From assembly GCA_051362555.1 (NCBI GenBank), contig CM120642.1:3782001-3846000 (forward strand): a DNA stretch of 64,000 nucleotides, in the 5' to 3' direction. Shown one piece after another: positions 25,401 through 36,900 of this stretch. The translations under genes and the position numbers were made by a program. Each line of letters begins with the position of its first letter. Within the stretch, counting starts at the first letter, position 1. The notes beneath the pieces were generated by a model. It made no database searches and was not told the DNA's origin. It worked only from the letters and a program-made list of their open reading frames with translations. The stretch comes from Lingula anatina. Lineage: Eukaryota > Animalia > Brachiopoda.

Positions 25401-27807
25401 CTGTACGTTCCTAGTGAGATGACTTCGGATGCTTTTATTTTCATTTGGTTTTGCATTGAGATAACGTTTGGTTTCACCTTTGACGTTTTAGAGCACGATG
25501 ACGTCCACAGCCGTTCACACCTCGGCGGTTTTAGTATTGAGTAGTCTTTACTCTTTCCAATGTCGACTGCGGACCGTATGAACATATGAACAGTCTTGAG
25601 AACCAAGGGCCCAAGATGGGAAAGGAGGGGCATAGTGAGACAAAACGTGAGCCTGATAAAAGGAGTAGAGGTGACGCGACTTTTGTAAAAAAAAAAAAAT
25701 CAGAAGTTTTCTCTCTGCTAATCCCACCAAAAAGATGGCACATTTTGATGAAATGCAAGCCATACGGAGTTAGTTATAGCTCAATTTAAGTTCGAGATCT
25801 GTGGCACCAATATAAGGACTTTTAACTGAAGAGAAAGGAAATAAAATTGTCGACGCAGATGTAAACTTTCTAAAGTATACCGTATTATTATGCAAAAGGT
25901 AATTTGCTAGGTCCCACGAGCGCCCTCATTCGTTCTTGTCTGGTGACATCCCGATTCAGGGGCCAGGTCGTTGTCGTGATGGACTGACGTGCCTCATCCG
26001 GGACTCGAACCCGTGACTTTGCGTTACCAAGGTTGATGACGCTTTGGATGTCTCATTTGCATCCATGCACGCTACCGACTGCTCCGTGACGGACCCGCCC
26101 ACCCTCCGTACGTGCGAGTTTCCTCTTATAGTAATCAATCGCAATTTTTAATAAAAATCAATTCTGGCAAAAACACTCACACCGTTGCTGCTGCGACTCG
26201 AACCGGCGTCCGTGCGTCTGCTGGTTGGCAAGACAGCAGAGTTACCACGCAGCCACGACAGCTCCGTTGATACGATGTCTTCGGATGGAAACTTTCAACC
26301 TCGTCACGGAGAGCGCCAGATTTGGTGTACATGTGTAGACCTGCTGTCGCAATCGATAATCCTGGTGCCGCATTTCAGCCCACGCAACCCCAGTCCCCGA
26401 CATGAACGGTAAAGTTCGTGATGTACACGAAGTCGTGTTTGACAACCCGACTCGGAGCTCGGAGTTTGTTCTATACTAAGATTGTTTTTGGCTTTACCCA
26501 TGATATTAAAGAGTACAGGGGGATCAGAGGCGGTGCACAACAGGCGGGTTTTACTTTTAGCGAGACCAAAAGAGGAGAGAACAAAAAAATACAAAACATT
26601 CAAGTGTTTAATTACTGGCGGCGATTGCAGCCATGGGAATTTGGAGTAAAACATATATTTGGCAAATAATTCCGCCGAGGAGATATCGTTTTTCTACCGA
26701 ACACGGTGAACAGGTGGTATGACGTGCTGTTGTACGGCCGGAAAAGCTACAGAATCAAAACAAGATGGATCGTATTCATTGATAGGCCTGCTCTGTACGT
26801 TCCTAGTGAGATGACTTCGGATGCTTTTATTTTCATTTGGTTTTGCATTGAGATAACGTTTGGTTTCACCTTTGACGTTTTAGAGCACGATGACGTCCAC
26901 AGCCGTTCACACCTCGGCGGTTTTAGTATTGAGTAGTCTTTACTCTTTCCAATGTCGACTGCGGACCGTATGAACATATGAACAGTCTTGAGAACCAAGG
27001 GCCCAAGATAGGAAAGGAGGGGCATAATGAGACAAAACGTGTGCCTGATAAAAGGAGTAGAGGTGACGCGACTTTTGTAAAAAAAAAAAAAAAATCAGAA
27101 GTTTTCTCTCTGCTAATCCCACCAAAAAGATGGCACATTTTGATGAAATGCAAGCCACACGGAGTTAGTTATAGCTCAATTTAAGTTCGAGATCTGTGGC
27201 ACCAATATAAGGACTTTTAACTGAAGAGAAAGGAAATAAAATTGTAAACTTTCTAAAGTATACCGTATTATAATGCAAAAGGTAATTTGCTAGGTCCCAC
27301 GGGCGCCCTCATTCGTTCTCGTCTGGTGACATCCCGATTCAGGGGCCAGGTCGTTGTCGTGATGGACTGACGTGCATTATCCGGGACTCGAACCCGTGAC
27401 TTTGCGTTACCAAGGTTGATGACGCTTTGGATGTCTCATTTGCATCCATGCACGCTACCGACTGCTCTGTGACGGACCCGCCCACCCTTGTACGTGCGAG
27501 TTTCCTCTTATAGTAATCAATCGCAATTTTTAATAAAAATCAATTCTGGCAAAAACACTCACACCGTATTATTATGCAAAAGGTAATTTGCTAGGTCCCA
27601 CGAGCGCCCTCATTCGTTCTCGTCTGGTGACATCCCGATTCAGGGGCCAGGTTGTTGTCCAATTTTGAGTATTTAAGTACTATTTTGGTTGGAAAGCGAT
27701 TACAATGAATGATGATTTCTTTCACTTGTTTTATGTGTACCAACTGGTAAAATATGTTGTAATTACAATTGACAAGACATTGGTTTCTGATAGTGATACA
27801 TGAGCAT

Positions 27808-27879
27808 CGATTTCAATGACTGTTGAAAATTTGACTTTTTTAACGATTTCAATGATCGGTGAAAATTCAACTCCTTTAA
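27808..27879. repeat. Diverged 36-bp tandem duplication
   Basis: cgatttcaatgactgttgaaaatttgacttttttaa / cgatttcaatgatcggtgaaaattcaactcctttaa. Confidence 0.75.
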
Positions 27880-27936
27880 TTAATTACTTAATGTAGCGGA
27901 ATAACACGAGGAAGAAAATTTATGTTTCTTCATAAC

Positions 27937-27942
27937 TTTATT
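27937..27942 (-). promoter_or_regulatory. Probable polyadenylation signal (AATAAA) of the DDR gene
   Basis: Minus-strand AATAAA followed ~18-35 nt later by a U/GU-rich tract (TTTTCTTCCTCGTGTTATT). This implies a ~2.65-kb 3'UTR; an alternative AATAAA is at 28817-28812. Confidence 0.5.
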
Positions 27943-30580
27943 TCAATTCTGATCAAGTCGTATATACATTATATACATCTCCCCGTTAACTGACATAGCA
28001 TGTGTATTGTACATTGCTGACATACAAAATAAACAACTTTTAATAGATAGTATAATGTGAATAATACACTGTTACTAAACTCACCATTCTTTCTAAGTGA
28101 AATATGAATAATGAGTACAGCATTATAAAAGCTCTGTGTAGATATGTAAACTGATAATACCTGAAGAGAATCAACTTTGAGAAAACGTGATCGGCAACAA
28201 AATATTTGGGACATATCTTAAATGTCCCTGGTCACAGTGATCTAATTATGAAACAACATGGAATAAAACTCAAATTGTGTGCGTAAAAGTTTCTCCGACT
28301 TCAATGCCCTCTTCTCATTTCAGCTTTAAAATGACTATAAAATATGCGGTGCAGTGATCTGGATGGTGAAATGTAAGTAGAGAAATGGCACCGTGTTTTT
28401 TAAAATCAAGTGTTTGTAGCTTAACATTCACTGGTAAATCAAAACAATGACTTACAAGACATTAAAATAGCATATCAGTTTCACTGTGTCGTGCACTTTT
28501 TGTCGCATACTTATGCACTGTTTGGCATTTTAAAAAGCAAGCAAATAAAAAAAAAATCAAGCAAAAATACATTAAATTTGTAAAAAAGACACACTTCTGA
28601 AAAAGAACTTGCAGCAGAACGCAAGGCATGTATTTTGACAGGCACCTGACTTCTTACATTTGAACCAAAATAAAACAGAACACAGTTCAAACGTGACCAT
28701 AAGAATAAGAAATTACACATGATTACAATGGTATACTTTTCTACACATCTAACTGATGCAGCATTTCAACGAGCCCATTATAAATTTAATGAATAAAAGC
28801 AGGAGTTAGTATTTATTATGAAAATTGCCGTTTGACAACACTGCCCTCTTTCTTTATACAGCCCTCATAAAGCAAAATACAAAAACCAAATGAAGAAGTT
28901 GACTGCATTACAACATGCAGAGACGCTAATAAATTATTCTGCTAAAATCACATTAAAACCAAATGAATGCCACCTAGTTTTAGTTAAAAAACTGGATCGT
29001 GCTGAACGCCAGTTGCTGTAAGTGCAACACAGCAATAAAGTGTATGCCAGTCCTGGATAGATTAAGAAAAAAAAAAAAAAACACTTTGGTACAACACTAC
29101 CTACAAATGGCGTATCAGTTGATAGCTCTACATATAATGTGCCAAGTCTTCTTTTATAAAGCAATGTGTCATGTTTTTTTCAATAAATCCACAATAACAA
29201 TGGGACAGTTAAACATGGTCCATAGTAACCAATTATAGAAGAGACGTTCCACTGGCAATGTTGGATGGACACATGACTCTATAAAATATACCATAAAATA
29301 TAATACCACCTAATAATGATAAGAATAATAAATCTATATTGAAATCAGCTTTGTTTACTAGAAGCTGAAGCACCACTGCAAGTTATCACCCAATATATCT
29401 TCATAACTATACAAATACTTGTATCAATCAATGATAAAATTAAATATAAGTTCTTGACTTCCAGTTACCTGCTGGTGTTATGAAACCAAATTTACCCACT
29501 TTGCAGGCGAGCTCACAATTTTTTTCTGAAACGTGGACTGCAATTTGTCTTTTTTATGCTCAGGGCCATTATCTTCACTGTTTATGTTTTAATGCAGTCT
29601 AAAGTATCCTGAATATCAGAGCACATTGCAGTTTGACTGTTCCCCATTTTCCAATCTTTGTTTTCAATCCTTGTTTTATATAAACCTGAGCTAGAGTGAC
29701 AGCAGCTGCTAGTTAACTGTTACAAGGTAGATGAAGGAGACAGACTTGAAATTTTACTCGGTATGAGCAGGGCCCCATCCTCAGCATCTCTATTACCCTG
29801 ACCCATCTCACCATTTAAACAGATACTTATTTCATAATTCAGAAACTTCATTGGCATATGTTGGTTCATATCATAGATTTTTTCTGCAATCCAAGCCCAT
29901 CTTAATTTGCATGCAGAAACAATATTCTTGTAATGAAAAGACAGTGTAGCAAGCTTAGGCTTGTGTTGGTACTTTAATAAATGCAGAGCTTATGAAGCAT
30001 TTGTGATTAGCTTTTGCCTACACTGTAAACCCCCACGTATGGGGTAGGATGCTGGGTAACATTACATTCTTTTATGGTGTTGCAGAATTATCAACACCAT
30101 GGTCTGAATGCCTTGGGTTTTGAGACCTCAGTCCTGCTTTAGTGAAATGGTTTCACCACTACGAAGAGGGCTGTGTGCACACAAAGAAGCTGGTATATAG
30201 TTCGAAGCAGCATCAAATGTGATTTATCCTCTCCTGTTTTGTTCATTTTCAGCCTGCAGCAATACCTTGCCTTTCACCCATCATCCAAGATTGTAATGAC
30301 TAGGCTTACCTCTTCACTCAAACAAGCAGACCCCATCAACAGTCTTACCAGTTCTTACAGGGCAGTTGTGCTCTTATTCACATCAGTTTGGCAAACATTT
30401 GACTGTCTTGTTATCACTAATTCACTAATTAAATGAATTCCACCAATCACTTACATATTTCCCATTTCCTGGACAGCAAGCAGGTTACTTGTTCTGCATC
30501 TCCAAAGGCAATCCAATTGGCTTAGATTTCAACCAATCATTTACCCATCTGACATTTTCTGCACACCACATGGCAAAGCA

Positions 30581-30913
30581 TCAACACACAGGTAGCTTGT
30601 TCTGCATCATCTTTTCCTCCTTGGGATCATAACCCATACTCTTCCTCTGCAAGAACATGTGAATTTCCTTGAAAGCTGGACGTTCCGTTTCCACGCGGTT
30701 CCAGCACTCCTTCATCAAGTCATATATCTCCCGAGGACAACATGTCGGTTGAGGGAGATACTGGATTTTGCCATCGTTGCGGTAAAAGTGACCGCAATTT
30801 TCAATAACCTGTTCATCAGTGTACATTTCAAATGGTTGCTCTTTAGCAAATGTCAGAATTTCCCATAATGTAACTCCAAAGGACCAAACATCGCTCTTGG
30901 TGGTAAATTTGCC
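30581..30913 (-). CDS. DDR: DDR last coding exon (kinase C-lobe and stop)
   Basis: AG|[28 protein letters not shown]...[42 protein letters not shown]; 333 nt. Confidence 0.96.
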   Translation of the reverse strand, partial: GKFTTKSDVWSFGVTLWEILTFAKEQPFEMYTDEQVIENCGHFYRNDGKIQYLPQPTCCPREIYDLMKECWNRVETERPAFKEIHMFLQRKSMGYDPKEEKMMQNKLPVC

Positions 30914-33900
30914 CTATAAATAGAAAAGTAATATTTGTGAAGTGCATGTTTACAACTTTCATAACTTCTGATCATAATCAACAATGAATGAACCCAATGA
31001 AGGTTTAAAATGCAAGTAAAAGGTTTAACACAGGATGTCAAACTGTAGTTAATCAGCATAAGATGATACACTTTAACATGTAAAAATAGCAAAGATGGAA
31101 CTACATCAACCACAACAACAAAACACTTGTATCTTCATTATATAACAATAAAAATATTCATTTGCAACTTTTAGCTGGATGTTACAGTTAAATTTATACT
31201 AAAAAAACAACTTTGAATCTACAAGCGATAAAAGGAACACTTCTATTTCTGAACTTGTATAATGATAAAACATTTTCTCACGTACCAGCAAAATACTCTC
31301 CCATGCCATCCACCTAATGGGTAATACAGCCCTGCCCTCTATCCTGTAGTAGTCCGCACTGTACAAGCTGCGACTCATGCCAAAATCAGCTATTTTGATA
31401 GTGTAGTAGTTGCCAACTAGACAATTCCTGGTGGCTAAATCGCGGTGGACCATGTTCAAGGATTCCAGGTACTTCATCCCAGATGCAACCTGTGCTGCCA
31501 TGTAGACCAGACCACCATAACTGGAAAGATAAAGAGGGAAACAATGGCAGTCAAACTGATAATTTATTGTCCAATTTGATTCTCATTTACTTTCTTAATT
31601 TTTTGATGATCAATTTATTATTTATCCAGTCTTTGAAATGACCCACATTTCTGCTGCTATGTTCAACTTTTACATCACTCAACTCTACGTAACATTCCAG
31701 AACTAAAAACATTTGATTTTAATTTGGCAATGTTCACAAGTTCCACATGACTTATTCATGATAAATGACACTTCCAGTAATGAGGTTTTAGACAATGTAC
31801 CCAACTAACTGTATATATACATATCAGTTCTAGTTTACCTGATGGTCTTGGCATGGGTCTGCCTGGCCAAGGTGCTCTCTGCCACATGTTCTGCCAGGAA
31901 CTGGTTCAGATCTCCATACTTCATGTACTCCACAATCATACACATGGGCTCATCATTGGTGCACACACCCAACACGTGGACAATGTTGGGGTCCTTGAGT
32001 CGGGACATGAGGTTTATTTCTTTCCTAAAGTCATTTCTGCAATGCACAAAAACCATATTGTTGTATTACTGCATTGAGCTAATTGTATATTAATATCGAC
32101 GGCAAGTTTGTGCAGTTTTCATTCAGGTTGGCAGACGACAAATGCATTCTGTTCAAATGTTATTAAAATTTCAAACATTTTGCATCTGCTAGCCCAACCA
32201 GTAAATATATCACGCATCTGATTATTTTAATGACAATACTTGGAAATAACAAGAAAATAGTTCAAAATTGTTTGTTAACAAATAGTATTCAAGCAATTTA
32301 AAGTTCACATTGTTTTCTAAAGCATCCAATAAGAGGATGTTTAAGTTCTAAAATTTAGACCAACCCACTAATGAAAGGCATGCACATGTTCAACAAACAA
32401 AGTAAACAGGCCTTTTTGAAGACAAATTTAAATGATAAAAGATGACTTTTTTAGGAACTGGTAAGTGCAGGATATAACAAGATCTAAATACTTGCACCTG
32501 AAATTTTGAATGGGAACACAGCTAATTCTTACCTGGCTGTTTCATCAGCGGTCTTTCTTAGCACCTTGACAGCCACTAACAGAGACTTGGAGGCCGTTCT
32601 GTTGGAATGATAGTCATCGCCAAGCAGCTCATTCAGATGCATACACTCACACAGATGGACCTGGAACACAGGAAATTTAATAAATAAATCAAGGTTTCAA
32701 ATGTAATTGGTTAAAATTGCTTACCATACAATATTTTAGTCTTAGATGAAAGAAATTTTAATCCATGTAAAACAAATTTTAACTTCAGTAATTAATATCT
32801 GAATTAATGTGAAGGTTCCTTACAAAAAATCTCTATTTGAATGCAAAGAACATCATATCGTCTGTACTCATTCTATTTTGTTTGATTAGGTAAAATTTTC
32901 AGTCAAGTAACATGACCAATAGCTGTTGACAAACTCTTTTCTCTCTGTAGATTATGCATCATCCATTTCTACATTTATTTTTCATCTCAGAACCCCTACC
33001 TCTCCAAACTGGCCTTCTCCCAGTTTTTCAATAAACTTCAAATTTTCTCTGGGTAGCTCCATGACCGTGACATCCTCCCTGTAGAGGAAGTCTGGATTGG
33101 GAGCAGCATACACATTGTTCCCGCTCACCCCCTGAATGTTCATGATGTCCGTCAAGTCAGCAGTAGCATAGAAATTGTTGTCATCTTCTGCAGACAGGTT
33201 GTTCTCTTTTTCTGGGGGGAGGGCGACGATAAGTGGCCGGGAAAGGTCTGGCACTGCATATTCTCGGGACGTGTTGGTGCAATCTAAGATATAAATAACA
33301 AATGGTTTATTTTTTAAAATTTTGAACATTAATAAGAATGTACCGTAACTGGACTTTTGAAAAATTGAGAGACAAATAATGTCAAAATCAAAGAGCTACA
33401 TTAGGATTTTTACACATGCTAGTCTGCTTGTAGACATTTCTACATAACTTCACAGTTTTTTAACAAAATATCTTTTTCTAAATAAATAAATAAATAAATG
33501 AATAAATATAACAATACAGTGGGACTATACCTGAAGAATATTCCACATTATTTCTAGGTATATCTGGAAGTTTACGATTCTGTATACAATCCTTGGGCTC
33601 ATTGTATATATCAGTTTTTGACTTCTCTGGGTCAGAGTCGGCGTCACATGGAGGGACACAATTATACACAATCCCATTCATTACTTTCCCATTGCCAAAC
33701 GGCTGGCGCAGGTCGTTCAGGTTAACAGCCACTTGGCCGTTATTGCAGGGTTTGAGTTGGCGCTGAGCATTTCTTTGCTTCTGGCGCCGAGTGTGACAGA
33801 TGATAATGGCGACTACTATTAAGATGAGCAGCAAGAGTGCCCCCAGAGCTCCACATATGCTCCCAATGAACTGGTCGTCGATGGTGTTTGTTGGACGATG

Positions 33901-36900
33901 GACAGTAGGGGTCTCTGTGGTGCCTGAACAAAGAACATCCAAAGAACATTAAAATGTTTGTTTACAAGATGACATATTTGAGCTGAAACCCCTTTTTAGA
34001 CAGGTAAATAATGTCAATACAATTTCTCTAATATGAACGTTATTCTTTAACTGCATTCACTGAAAGATATCAAAACACTGTACACAACAAAAAAAATGTA
34101 TCTGCAGAAATCTGTGTTTCTGATTACTGAACAGATAAAGTCTGAAATCATGGTAATAATTACCTCCTAGTGTATGGTCATCACTGGCACCCCCTTCACT
34201 GCCTTTGCCTCCATCTTTATCTCCAGCGTATGGAGTGGAATCAGATCCTTTGTGTCCTGCTACTGTGGTGCTGGGGACAGTTATAGACATGGGCCCCACC
34301 TCCTCACTGACATTGATTTTTACAATTTCTGAAAAAATATTGAAAATAATTAATATAATAAAAGATTAAATCTTAAATGTGCTGTGCACTGCAGGTACAG
34401 GAAAAGTGGTAGTGAAAGAAAATAGTTTTTCAAAGTAATTTGTGTATTAAGGACACAATAACAAAATTGAGGAGATGTTAAGATTTGTTTCACTAACAGA
34501 CGTCAAATATAAAAGTTATTAGCTTCAGCTCATAATATCATCCATAACATAGGTTAAACCATTTAATTACCTGATGAGAATGAGATTTCACTTATCATGA
34601 GCCACTTGGCATCGAAAAACAGCTGCATTTTGACATATTTTCCAATACGGTTGTTGAGTTTGATAATAACAGGTCTGGCATACTCCATCAGCGTGTCTCT
34701 CATGTACTCGAACCTCACTGGTTCCTGGTTGTAATACTTCCCTCCAACGCTGAAATGAATCACTGCAGACTTGAACACACGGACTTCCTTAGAGAACATA
34801 TTGTTACAGTGAAGCTGGACGGATGTAAAGTTCCGCACTGCGTCAAACCTGAACAGAAACTCCACAGGTCCTGGAGTCGTAGAGGTGGTATCGTTTTTCC
34901 AGCCCACCCACTCGTATCCCTTCATGCCCAGCTCCTGGGGGTCGAGGCGGAAGTTCGACTGACCTTCTTCACCATCAAATAACTGCCCCATTCCATTGGA
35001 CAGGTAGTTGTTTTCTGTTTTACCATCATAGGTGAAGTCATACAGATCCACTTCCATTCCTCTTCGTTCGCCTTGAGCAACATTGTATGACACCACACCC
35101 TCTGAAAAATAAACACAACATTTAATACACCTTTTCATTTTACTTGACTTACGCCATGTCAATTTAAACTAAGTGCTGTATTCATGATATAAATTTTATC
35201 AAAATAACATTCGAGTACTACAAAAATGTAACATCAGGCTTTATTATTTGAAACTGAATTAAGATTTTATCAAAATTAGCAAACAGTATTAGTTCTTTCA
35301 ACTGTAAAACAAGACAGCATTTAATGTGTGAAGCATTTCCATTTGTACTAGATCTTCTTGGTTGCATTTGATCAAATTATCAGCATCTCAGCACAATTTG
35401 TCTCAACCTGATTGCATTCCCCTCCACAACTAGCATCATTAACTGGCTCATTTTTCCCTCCAGGGTTTTTAAACTAAGTTTTGTTCTGCAGACTTGTATC
35501 TGCAGTATCATGGCTGACACATTTCCCCTAAAAACCGTCCATTATCAACATATCAATTTTTCAAGCAGCTGTTCCGAGGACAAATGATCTTAGTTAGGTT
35601 GTCTTAAATAACAAAATTGAATTTGCTTTATTTCCTTCACAGATATGGGTGACAGCTAATGTAAGCCCCTGAGCTTTTAGAGATGATAACGAAGTTACTG
35701 TTTTGAATAGACACCTGCTTTTAAGGGCTTTTTTCCTCTCATTTCCCATCAGCATCTATTGGAATCAAGAATAAAAACTGCTGGCTAAGATGCTAGGTCA
35801 TGGGGAGACATTAACAAGTCACAGAAGTTGTAATAATTCTCTTCAGATCAGCAGATTGTGTTATTTGGATAGTTAATATTTGAAAGCAATTCTACATTTC
35901 AAAATTGACAAATCATTAAGTTCCTGTGTGTCACAGTGTTTACATACAATCCCAAATGTGTAACCCAAAACCAGCACCACAATGATGAACATCTTGGGTT
36001 ATAATGACCAAATTTCTCTACATGTCAAATGGGCTATTTACATATTAAAATTATACACATAAGACTGTCTCCAAACAAAGCCCTCAATAGTATTTGCTGG
36101 TCAAGAATGCTGACTAAAATAATTCAAAATCCTTAAATCCAACTTCATCCTGAGCCAACTTTCCATCACTCTTCATCATCACAAAATTGTGATTTTCTTT
36201 CTAGCATGATGGATGAATGTAAGAATCAATACAGACAGCTTGGGTCCGTGGAGAGGCAGAGACTATGGAGAATGCCAATACCTTCTGGCAAATCCGAGCT
36301 GTTTATGTCAAATTTCTTCTTATACAACACAGTAGTCTATTAACCACAGAAAATTAAAATCAACATCATTTCTGAAGTTCTCTCTTTTCTTGCTGTGCGA
36401 GTACATAAAGAAAAACAAGTAGTTTAAGAGGCTGTTAAGTGATAGCCCTTATTTGATTTTAATGATGATCCCTATTTCACACAGCACCCCATTGTGACTG
36501 CATACCTTGAATTTGACAAAAAATTAGAATCAATACTATTGTCTGTCACTGTTGACGATGCCTCTTTTTTTCAATAACAGCAACTTTCCAAATAAACGGC
36601 AACTTTCCTAATAATCAATTTTTAAAAGCAAAATAATGAGATTGACTCTGTTACTAATTAAATAATTGGTTAAAATTTCTTCCTCAAATATTAAAAAAAG
36701 GACCTTTTACAGCAAGTGCCATGAAACCTTGCACCCATTCTGCTTCAGGTCAAGTCTGGCAACTTGTTTGTCTGGAACAGTTGTGACCACAAGACCAAGT
36801 GCCTTCAAAGTTACAATGAAATTTGACTGAGTAATCTTAGTGCTGAATAATGCATGTGTTTGTCTTGAGCAAATTTGATTTGATTTTTTTGAGGTTTGCT

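Larger units (their letters stand above)
1..27660. repeat. Tandem array of a ~1.4-kb monomer (19 near-full units, two 645-bp partial units, terminal fragment); continues beyond the left edge
   Basis: The same sequence and ORF translations recur with periods of 1412, 1396, 2041 (=1396+645), 1388, 1396, 1399, 1396, 2040, 1388, 1396, 1272, 1395, 1397, 1409, 1402, 1395, 1272 and 1392 bp. Copies differ only by a few SNPs, small indels and the length of an A-run. Unique AT-rich sequence starts at ~27661. Confidence 0.99.

Noticed and set aside
26-27184. Dozens of 60-137 aa ORFs repeated in the array
   Set aside because: They are short, overlap on both strands, often use non-ATG starts, frameshift with A-run length and show no recognisable domain. 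Their recurrence simply reflects the repeat.
1-27660. CRISPR array, histone cluster or rDNA
   Set aside because: No short repeat-spacer pattern, no histone ORFs and no 18S/5.8S/28S sequence; the context is a spliced eukaryotic locus.
32144-32198. Imperfect inverted repeat (gttggcagacgacaaatg...cattttgcatctgctagcccaac), possible MITE
   Set aside because: Short and degenerate, with no second copy or target-site duplication visible in the window.
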